A stretch of DNA of 64,000 nucleotides from Deltaproteobacteria bacterium (GTDB taxonomy: Bacteria > Myxococcota_A > UBA9160 > SMWR01). The stretch is from NCBI GenBank assembly GCA_032128375.1, contig JAQBGU010000012.1:1-64000 (forward strand), in the 5' to 3' direction. Below the pieces are notes generated by a model, which was given only the letters and a program-made list of their open reading frames with translations, did not search any database and was not told where the DNA came from. Shown one piece after another: positions 56,547 through 64,000 of this stretch (position 1 is the first letter of the stretch; each line of letters opens with the position of its first letter). Position numbers and translations under genes: made by a program.

Positions 56547-56609
56547 CTAGATTCCTCCCGCCCTGCTAAGCAGCAGGGCGTCTGTAAGAGCGAGGGTTCG
56601 GCTGGTCAT
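56547..56609 (-). CDS. leu leader peptide MTSRTLALTDALLLSRAGGI
   Basis: 20-aa ORF with five Leu (tandem CTG CTG CTT) directly upstream of the terminator and leuA. Confidence 0.85.
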   Translation of the reverse strand: MTSRTLALTDALLLSRAGGI

Positions 56610-56734
56610 GATGGATCATTCTTACCCGAACACCCGCAGGGCGTCAAGCGAATTCCCGCGATGCCGCACACAGCCTGGGTGCCGAGTCCGGGACGCTGGG
56701 GATTCGCCAAGCGCAGCCCAAGCCCAGTAACGTC

Positions 56735-58033
56735 TCAGGCCGCGGCTTCTCCACTAATGGCTTCGAGTTCTCGTTGGTGGGTCTCCGGCAAGAACAGCAG
56801 GCAAAATGCAGCGCCGATAGACGAAAGTGACACCCAACTGACCACGCTCGCCAAGCTGCCGGAGCTGTTCGTTCCAAAACCGAATATCACCAACCCACAG
56901 ACGAAACCGATCGATTGGACAGCGATCAGCGTCCCGCCCGATGAGCCGCGTTGCGAAGTCGGGAACATCTCGGTGGACTGGGCGCGGATGACGACATCCG
57001 CTGCTGACATGCACAACACGTAGAGCCCCCAGCTGATGACCAACACTTCCGACGGACCGTTGAAGAAGAGCACCGCGAACAGCGGTGCGATGGCGAGTGC
57101 CACGAAGCCCACTTTTCGCCGTCCAAACCGGTCGCTGCCGCGGCCGCCGATGACGTTGCCAAACATCCCGATGAACCCACCACCGAGCACCAGCAAAGAG
57201 TACTGCCCGGGTGACCAGCCGTGCGATTCCTGAACGAAGAAGCTTGTGTACTGAAACACCGCGATGCTTCCCATCGCGCCAAAAAAGCCGGCGAGCCCCA
57301 CGGTGATGACCCGACGCGGGTGGGTGTTCGCGAGTGCCGTGAGCGGCTCGAGCCACGCCTCCAAACTGATCGTGCGTCGTCGGGTCGACTCCACGTGAGC
57401 GGTGAACCGGTGGGTTTCGCGCAGCGATCGGCGAAATAGCGGCAGCACCGCGAGTGGCAGAATGCCGATTGCATAAAGAGAGCGCCACCCGTGAGGCAAC
57501 GCGTCGACAGCGCCGTACATGGCTGCGCCGGCCCCGTAACCCATGCCGCCGAGTACAGCCATCAGGCCGAGAGCGGAACCCCGTTGATCGGCCGGGAATT
57601 CCTCGACCAGAATGACCACCGAAAGCGCGGCCCCGGTCAACATGAACGCGCGAGTCACCATCTGCAGCAGCATGAACTGTTCTTGTGTCTGTGAAAGACC
57701 GGTCAAGAAGGTTCCTGCGCTCATTCCGATCAGGGAAGTCAGGAACATCTGGCGCCGGCCAATCACGTCTGCCAATGGGATCAACAGCAGAACTCCCAGA
57801 CCGCCGAGGCGCACGCCCGCCATCACGAAGCCGGTGTCGCTGGTGGACATGTCGATCGAGATCGCGATCTGTTTCAACGCCGCATTGACGAGCCCGATGT
57901 CGTAGCTTTCGAACACCATGCCGAGTGAGACCAAACGCAGCATCCCGAGTGGGCCCTTCATGACAACGGTGTCGCGGCCAAAGAAGAGCCTGAGCAGAAA
58001 ATTGCTGTCCGCCGGCGTGTCGTCGCTTGTCAT
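56735..58033 (-). CDS. MFS transporter
   Basis: ESYD, ADVIGRR, EEFPADQRG, SDRFGRR, EMFPTSQR, LPET. Confidence 0.92.
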   Translation of the reverse strand: MTSDDTPADSNFLLRLFFGRDTVVMKGPLGMLRLVSLGMVFESYDIGLVNAALKQIAISIDMSTSDTGFVMAGVRLGGLGVLLLIPLADVIGRRQMFLTSLIGMSAGTFLTGLSQTQEQFMLLQMVTRAFMLTGAALSVVILVEEFPADQRGSALGLMAVLGGMGYGAGAAMYGAVDALPHGWRSLYAIGILPLAVLPLFRRSLRETHRFTAHVESTRRRTISLEAWLEPLTALANTHPRRVITVGLAGFFGAMGSIAVFQYTSFFVQESHGWSPGQYSLLVLGGGFIGMFGNVIGGRGSDRFGRRKVGFVALAIAPLFAVLFFNGPSEVLVISWGLYVLCMSAADVVIRAQSTEMFPTSQRGSSGGTLIAVQSIGFVCGLVIFGFGTNSSGSLASVVSWVSLSSIGAAFCLLFLPETHQRELEAISGEAAA

Positions 58034-58339
58034 AGTTGATTCAATTTCAACGAGTGGTTGCGTGGTGGGGGCAATAATCGCCGCGGTGCCCGGATACTAC
58101 AACCCAGCTCATCGGCCGGGGACTCTGGGACACCCTACCTGAAGTGGGGCCAGTGCAAGGGGGTTTCCTCCACGAGCGCCATGGAGGTCGCTCGCGCTCG
58201 AGCCCTGCGCGGTTGCAGGGGCCCGGAATCACAGTGTTTATCGGCGAGGGTCGAATTTTGCGAAAGAGCAGCGGTGTGTGACCGGATACGTCACGAAGAC
58301 CGGCTGAAATGATCAGGGCAACAACCAGGAGCAATCCCC

Positions 58340-58705
58340 ATGAACATCAGCATCAGCACGAGCAAACTGGTGAACTTGAACGCGAACCGAAACTCGACCC
58401 GAAGCCCAGACAGGCCAAGCAGGCTAGGCGGGCCAGGCGGGAAGGAAGAAGTCTTCGAGACTGCGCGAATCGCTTCGCGAACCCTCACGTGGTGCGACGT
58501 CTGTGGATTCGCGGAGGTTCGGACCGATGAAGTCCTCGATGCTGAGGTCCTCTTTCTCGCCGAGTGTCCGCGTTGCGAAAATCGCTGGACCTCGCGCGAG
58601 CCGATTAGCAGGCCATTGCCGCTCGCCGCTTCGGTTCAAACGGTTGCCAGGCGCTTCCGACGCGTGCCCGCACGCGTATCCCGATCTGTCGAGCCGGCAG
58701 CCTGA
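58340..58705 (+). CDS. Small zinc-ribbon protein
   Basis: AGGAG before ATG; CDVC...ECPRCENRWT. Confidence 0.6.
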   Translation: MNISISTSKLVNLNANRNSTRSPDRPSRLGGPGGKEEVFETARIASRTLTWCDVCGFAEVRTDEVLDAEVLFLAECPRCENRWTSREPISRPLPLAASVQTVARRFRRVPARVSRSVEPAA

Positions 58706-58895
58706 CTCTACGCGGTAGCCAATGCGCATGGAGTAGCCCCTGAAGTAGCCCATGCGTTAGCACGCTTGCCCGCTCAGGTGCGGAGCGCGCGGCGCTGGCC
58801 GGCGCAATACGCGCGCGGGCACATGCGCGAACGCTTTCGCGGGCCCTTCTGCACCACTACGGGCGCACTCCGTGTGCCGTGATAGTGTCGAACCG

Positions 58896-60077
58896 ATGAG
58901 GCTCGTTCTCTATACAGGAAAAGGGGGTGTCGGCAAGACCACGACGGCCGCTGCCACCGGGGCTTGCGCGGCCGAGCGGGGGCGCCGCACGCTGATCGCT
59001 TCAGCGGACGCGGCACACAGTCTTGGCGACGTACTCGAGCGCCGGCTCGGGCCCCAACCAACAGAAGTCGCACCCCATCTCGACGCCATAGAGATCGACC
59101 CTCGGGCCGAGGTGGAGCGCCACTGGGGCCGGATTCGGGACTTCCTGATCGAGGTCTTCGTCCACCAGGGCATTGACGACGTCGTCGCCGAAGAGCTGGC
59201 GATGCTGCCGGGAGCGGAAGAGATCACGACGTTGCTCGCGATCGAAGCGTTCGCCGAATCGGGCCGGTACGACTTCGTGATCGTCGACTGCGCGCCGACT
59301 GACTCGGCGCTGCGGCTCGCCACGCTGCCCGATCTCGCGCACCGCGCGCTGAGAGTGCTTCTGCCCACCATGCAAGCCATCACGACAATCGGAACACCCA
59401 TCGCGCGCAAGCTGGTGTCGGTACCGTTACCGGGCGCGGAGGTCTTCAAGGATGCCGAGACGCTGATCTACGACAAATTGCAACTTCTGCGCGCTCGCAT
59501 CACCGACTCACAGACGAGCGTTCGGCTGGTTGTGACGCCCGAAAGCGTTGTGATCGAAGAAGCGCGCCGCGCGCAGACGGAACTGGCTCTGTTTGAAGTG
59601 CCTTGTGATGCAGTCGTGATGAACCGATTGCTCCCGGCCGAGGCTGCGCGAGAGAAATTTTTCCGCGAGATGAGCCGATTGCAAGAGCAGCGCTTCTCTG
59701 AGGTAGAGCAGACGTTCGCACCTCTTCCGGTGTTGCGTGGCCCGCTGTTCGACGACGAGGTCACGGGCGTCGATCGCCTGGCGGAACTCGGCCGGCGGCT
59801 GTTCTGCAGCCATCAGCCAGACGCCGTGCTGTGTGCGTCGGCTCCGGTGCGATTCCAAAAAGACGAAAAAGGCTACCGGGCGGAGATTCCGTTGCCGAGT
59901 GTGCGGGCGGACGAGATCGATGTGGCGGTGGTGGGCGAGGATCTAGCGATCACGATCGGTGGTCGACGCCGGTTGCTGGTGCTTCCTCGGCAGATGGCCC
60001 AGCTCACTGTCGAGTCCGCCAAGCTCGAAGGCACGCAGCTGGTCGTTTGCTTTGGGTCAACCGGGAGCGAACGTTAG
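58896..60077 (+). CDS. ArsA/Get3-like ATPase with C-terminal HSP20-like domain (copy 1)
   Basis: YTGKGGVGKTT, SADAAHSLGD, LPGAEE, DCAPTD, MNR; beta-rich C-terminus. Confidence 0.9.
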   Translation: MRLVLYTGKGGVGKTTTAAATGACAAERGRRTLIASADAAHSLGDVLERRLGPQPTEVAPHLDAIEIDPRAEVERHWGRIRDFLIEVFVHQGIDDVVAEELAMLPGAEEITTLLAIEAFAESGRYDFVIVDCAPTDSALRLATLPDLAHRALRVLLPTMQAITTIGTPIARKLVSVPLPGAEVFKDAETLIYDKLQLLRARITDSQTSVRLVVTPESVVIEEARRAQTELALFEVPCDAVVMNRLLPAEAAREKFFREMSRLQEQRFSEVEQTFAPLPVLRGPLFDDEVTGVDRLAELGRRLFCSHQPDAVLCASAPVRFQKDEKGYRAEIPLPSVRADEIDVAVVGEDLAITIGGRRRLLVLPRQMAQLTVESAKLEGTQLVVCFGSTGSER

Positions 60078-60078
60078 C

Positions 60079-61239
60079 TTGAGAGTGCTGCTGTATACCG
60101 GCAAGGGAGGCGTGGGAAAGACAAGCCTCTCGGTAGCGACGGCGCTGGGCGCGGCGCGGCATGGACACAGGGTGTTTCTGTTGTCGACCGATTCTGCCCA
60201 CAACCTGGGTGACGTGTTGGGCCGACCCGTTGGAGCCCGGCCAGTGGAGGTCGCGGAGCGAGTAACCGCTCAAGAGGTCGACGTTTTGACCGAGCTCGAC
60301 CGGTCGTGGTCGCAGATCCAGGACTGGCTGCGAGAACTGATGCGCCCAGGTAGTGACGATATGGTCGTTGACGAGTTGTTGGTCTTCCCTGGGATGGAGG
60401 AGCTCGTGGCTCTGCGTGCGGTCCGAGAGGTCGAAGCGACCGGAGACTACGACGTGTGTGTCGTCGATTGCGCGCCGACCGGGTCCACGCTGCGGATGCT
60501 GCGCTTCCCGGATGTGTTACGGATCTTCATGGAGAATTTTTTCGACTGGAAGCGCAAGGCGGCACGGCTGATTCGCCCGGTCGCGACGCGCATTGGTGCG
60601 GATATATTCGTCCCGGGCGACGAGGTATTCGCCGCGTTTGAGCGGTTGTATCGCGAAGTCGAAGACGTCCGACAGATCCTGATGGACACCGATCGCACCA
60701 GCGCGCGGTTGGTCGTGAACCCTGCGCGCGTCGTCGTCGACGAGACGCGGCGTTCATTCGCGTACCTGAACCTTTACGGCGTTGCAACCGATGCGGTGTT
60801 GGTCAACAGGGTCTTGCCCCCTGAGGCGACCGGCGGCTATTTCGCTCGGTGGGCGAAGCGGGAGCAGCTCGAGCTCGCGGAGATCGAGCAGTCGTTCCCG
60901 GTCCCGCAGTTCCACGCTCCGCTCTATTCCAGCGAGCCGATCGGAGTGAACGCACTCGATCGACTTGCAACTGAGACCTTCGGCGACCGCGACCCAGCGC
61001 AGTTCTTTACGCGCTCGCGCCCAATCCGGCTGACGAAGCGCGGAGAACAAACGGTGCTGGAAATCGAACTCGTCAATGCTGAGTCGAGCGAACTCGATAT
61101 CTCGCTTCGCGGAGACCAGTTGTACGTTCGTGTACGCGATATCCAGCGGCGAATCTGTGTCCCAGACTCGGTCGCGGGCCGCAGCGTCGCTTCTGCCCGG
61201 ATGAATAACGGTGTGTTGGAAGTGGCCTTCGAGGCCTGA
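60079..61239 (+). CDS. ArsA/Get3-like ATPase with C-terminal HSP20-like domain (copy 2)
   Basis: YTGKGGVGKTS, STDSAHNLGD, FPGMEE, DCAPTG, VNR; ends ARMNNGVLEVAF; TTG start. Confidence 0.9.
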   Translation: MRVLLYTGKGGVGKTSLSVATALGAARHGHRVFLLSTDSAHNLGDVLGRPVGARPVEVAERVTAQEVDVLTELDRSWSQIQDWLRELMRPGSDDMVVDELLVFPGMEELVALRAVREVEATGDYDVCVVDCAPTGSTLRMLRFPDVLRIFMENFFDWKRKAARLIRPVATRIGADIFVPGDEVFAAFERLYREVEDVRQILMDTDRTSARLVVNPARVVVDETRRSFAYLNLYGVATDAVLVNRVLPPEATGGYFARWAKREQLELAEIEQSFPVPQFHAPLYSSEPIGVNALDRLATETFGDRDPAQFFTRSRPIRLTKRGEQTVLEIELVNAESSELDISLRGDQLYVRVRDIQRRICVPDSVAGRSVASARMNNGVLEVAFEA

Positions 61240-62036
61240 TGGCGGAATCCTTCGAGCCGCGTTGGCGCGATGCTCGTCGAATCGTCTCGTTGGTTCCGAG
61301 CCTGACGGAGGCGCTATTCGCGCTCGAGCTTGGCGATCGGGTCGTTGGAGTAACCGAATGGTGTATTCACCCGGCAAGCCGAGTTGCGGGACTGCCCAAG
61401 GTTGGGGGCACGAAGACCCCTTCGGTTTCTCAGATCGTTGCGCTGCGTCCGTCGCTGGTGATCGCGAACCACGAGGAAAACCCCGAGCGCGTCGTGGTTG
61501 CGCTGACAGCCCTTGGCATCGATGTCTGGGTCACCTATCCCAGGACGCTACGCGACGGAGTGGTGCTGCTGAGAGAGCTTGCCGACCTCGGCGCCGGACC
61601 AGCGGCCGTGGAAGACGTGGTCGCCCCTTGTGCAAGGGCGCTCGAGCGAGCGGAGCGGGAACAGCGGGGGCGGCCGGTCCGGGTCTTCTGTCCGATCTGG
61701 AAGAAGCCGTGGATGTCGGTCGGTGGGGATACCTACGCGTCGGACCTGCTACGTCTGTGCGGCGGAACCAATGTGTTCGCTGACCGAGGTGATCGCCGCT
61801 ACCCGATCGTCGAGATGTCAGACATCGTTGCCGCCGAGCCCGACGTCGTTCTACTACCCGACGAGCCCTATGAGTTTGGCCCGCGCGATGTAGGCGAACT
61901 CGCCCAACTCGCGATTCCGGCGGCGCGAAACCATCGAATTCACGCTATCGATGGAACCCTGATTTCGTGGTATGGACCGAGGATTGCCAGAGCGATCGAA
62001 ACAGTCCAAGCTTTGTTGAGGGATGAACCAGACTGA
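61239..62036 (+). CDS. Helical-backbone metal receptor (BtuF/TroA-like) without signal peptide
   Basis: RIVSLVPSLTE, GVTEWC, VGGTKTP, PDEPYEF, SWYGPR. Confidence 0.85.
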   Translation: MAESFEPRWRDARRIVSLVPSLTEALFALELGDRVVGVTEWCIHPASRVAGLPKVGGTKTPSVSQIVALRPSLVIANHEENPERVVVALTALGIDVWVTYPRTLRDGVVLLRELADLGAGPAAVEDVVAPCARALERAEREQRGRPVRVFCPIWKKPWMSVGGDTYASDLLRLCGGTNVFADRGDRRYPIVEMSDIVAAEPDVVLLPDEPYEFGPRDVGELAQLAIPAARNHRIHAIDGTLISWYGPRIARAIETVQALLRDEPD

Positions 62037-62226
62037 TATCAACATGCGGGCATTTGGCAACAATACATTCGGGCTGCATGCTCGAAGCGAGCAACATGAA
62101 CGCACATTGCAACACAAGCCCAATTCAGTGTTCAAGTTTGCCGCTGACAGCCCGAAGAGAGTCAAAGCAATTCCGGCGACCCTTCAAGATCGATTGTCGG
62201 CGCCTTGCAACGAGGACCACCGAATC

Positions 62227-63921
62227 GTGACCGATACCCAGATTCGTCGCAAACGCAAAAGAGGAAACTGGCTGCTGAGCGCACTGCGCGTCGCGGCCCC
62301 GGTCGCCCTCGTTGTCTCACTTGCAGCGCCTGTATTTGCGGCGCAAATCGTCCAGGTCAGGGTTGGGAATCACCCCACTTTTTCACGCGTAGTGTTCGAG
62401 TTGGACACCCATGCCGGTTACCAGATCGAATCGCGAGGCGTTCCCGACAGCAAGGTGTTGGCGGTCCTGATAGACGCAGATTCGCGCAATCGCGACGTGA
62501 TCTCGAAGAGCCTCGGCATCGGTTCGGTTACCGTCGAAGCAGTCGGTGGCAAGTCGCTTGTGCTGGTTACGCTGCGACGCGACGACCTAGTGATCAAAGA
62601 GATGATCCTCTCGAATCCGCCGCGCATCGTGTTGGACTTCCGATACCCGGACCTCGCACCGGCTGCGAAGATCGCATCGACGAGTTCTGGTTCTGCGCCG
62701 ATCGGCGACGCGCCTGCACCTGTGACCGCAGAGCCCGTATCAATCGAGCCCGAGACGCTTGAGTCCGTGCACGTCGAACCCGTGCCGATCCGATCGGAAC
62801 CCGTTGCAGTCGCCCCGGTAGTTGTAGTTGCGTCACCCGCGGTTTCCGACCCGGACCCGGACCCGGACCCGGAGCTGGAGCTGGAGCCGGAGCTGGAGCC
62901 CGAACCCGAGATCGTTGTGGTCGCCGAGCCGGAACCCAGCGACGAACCGATCGATGACTCCCAGCCGGGTAACGAGTTTGCTGCCGGCGCGAATGCCGCC
63001 ACGCCTTCGCCGGATCCCACAATCGGCGACTCGATGATTGATACGCCACAGACACAAGCCTCTACCGTCGAGCACGCTACGGTCGCTAAAACGGCGACCG
63101 AGAAGCTGCTCGCGCCCGTGGCAGTTCGAACTCGAGCGAGTGTCCCAGTCGAAAAGCCGCGCGGCATCGCGCAATCACCGATCCCGCAATCACGGGACGC
63201 GCAGCAGCCTGAATCGAACATGGCGCTGATCGCGGCTATCGGAGCCGGCGTGCTGCTGGTAGCCGGCGTAGTACTGGTGATGAAGCGACGCGCTTCGCTT
63301 CCCAACGATCTGGATTTCGCGGCTCTACCCAATGAGTTCGCGAATTACGATGAGCCCGCCCCGGTGACGCGGATCGAGTCAGAAGCTACGGAGATTATTC
63401 GGATCCCGAAAGTGGGATTTGAGGTGCCTGATGTCACCGCAGTCATCGCGTTGACGGACGACTCTAGGGCCGACGTCGGCGACGCGGCTGTGCAGGTTTC
63501 TGAAGCAAACACCGCGGCGTACTCGCTCAGCGAGGTCTCCGAAAATGTAGCGAGAGCGGGTACCGAATTGTTCGATGAGGACCCCGAAGGAGAGAAGCAG
63601 ATGGACATGGAAGCCAACGACCTGCCGGCACAGCGCGGAGCATTCGCGGCGTCACCGGCCCACTCTAGCAGTGGCGACTCCGCGGACAGAAAACTCGCCT
63701 CGATGGTTCAGGAGCTGATGACCCGGCTGGGCACACTCGAAACGCGCCTCGAAGAGTCGAACGAAGCCAGAGAACGCTTGGAGAACCAGGTTGCCGCGCA
63801 GAGCGAGGAGCTTCGTGTGCAGCGGGCCGCCATCGCTCGAACGCAGCGAGCGCTGCGCAGCCTCAGCAGGACCGACGAAGATCAGGCCACCGAGCCCGCC
63901 TTGCGTAATCCTTCGGCCTGA
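62227..63921 (+). CDS. Bitopic membrane protein: AMIN-like domain, Pro/Glu linker, TM, coiled coil
   Basis: Signal (AFA-like), VRVGNHPTFSRVVFEL...NPPRIVLD, DPDPDP/EPEPE repeats, TM followed by KRR, heptad C-terminus; start uncertain. Confidence 0.7.
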   Translation: MTDTQIRRKRKRGNWLLSALRVAAPVALVVSLAAPVFAAQIVQVRVGNHPTFSRVVFELDTHAGYQIESRGVPDSKVLAVLIDADSRNRDVISKSLGIGSVTVEAVGGKSLVLVTLRRDDLVIKEMILSNPPRIVLDFRYPDLAPAAKIASTSSGSAPIGDAPAPVTAEPVSIEPETLESVHVEPVPIRSEPVAVAPVVVVASPAVSDPDPDPDPELELEPELEPEPEIVVVAEPEPSDEPIDDSQPGNEFAAGANAATPSPDPTIGDSMIDTPQTQASTVEHATVAKTATEKLLAPVAVRTRASVPVEKPRGIAQSPIPQSRDAQQPESNMALIAAIGAGVLLVAGVVLVMKRRASLPNDLDFAALPNEFANYDEPAPVTRIESEATEIIRIPKVGFEVPDVTAVIALTDDSRADVGDAAVQVSEANTAAYSLSEVSENVARAGTELFDEDPEGEKQMDMEANDLPAQRGAFAASPAHSSSGDSADRKLASMVQELMTRLGTLETRLEESNEARERLENQVAAQSEELRVQRAAIARTQRALRSLSRTDEDQATEPALRNPSA

Positions 63922-64000
63922 TTCTCATTCAGACCCAATCCAGGCTAGGGGCGCTAAGCGGCTCGGGTTGCACCGTTGCAAGCGCCAGGCTCAGCGCGCC

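Noticed and set aside
58034..58339. Cobalamin riboswitch upstream of the BtuF-like gene cluster
   Set aside because: No recognisable B12-box or conserved core seen
58896..61239. Arsenite-resistance operon
   Set aside because: No arsB/acr3/arsC/arsR/arsD; single-domain proteins with HSP20-like tails fit the Get3-like group

Overview
GC-rich bacterial chromosome segment next to the replication origin. The parS type, split F0 operon, PEP-CTERM tail and Cys-rich repeats suggest a deltaproteobacterial/Myxococcota-like lineage (inference). The left end holds two parS palindromes inside a 149-bp duplication of the jag 3' end, then jag-yidC-yidD-rnpA-rpmH (-). dnaN-gyrB-gyrA (+) follows with neither dnaA nor recF in its usual slot. 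Next come hemL, a partial ATP synthase operon (atpZ/I/B/E), tmk, uvrA, surA and mfd, an orphan rplC beside rlmE, rnhA, tgt (preceded by an unannotated 42-aa basic ORF), pyrE and lipid-catabolic genes. The right half holds a ~1500-aa mosaic PEP-CTERM protein, leuA with a complete Leu-leader attenuator, and two tandem ArsA/Get3-like ATPases. The best candidate for an uncharacterised system is 46.2-53.1 kb. It encodes two AlkP-superfamily enzymes predicted on opposite membrane faces, two small proteins ending in L-[KR]-x-L-G-Y-I (a tail both enzymes lack), an EMC3/TMCO1(DUF106)-like membrane protein and a sulfotransferase. No rRNA, tRNA, CRISPR array or transposase was recognised. All family calls come from motif recognition by eye; no database search was run.
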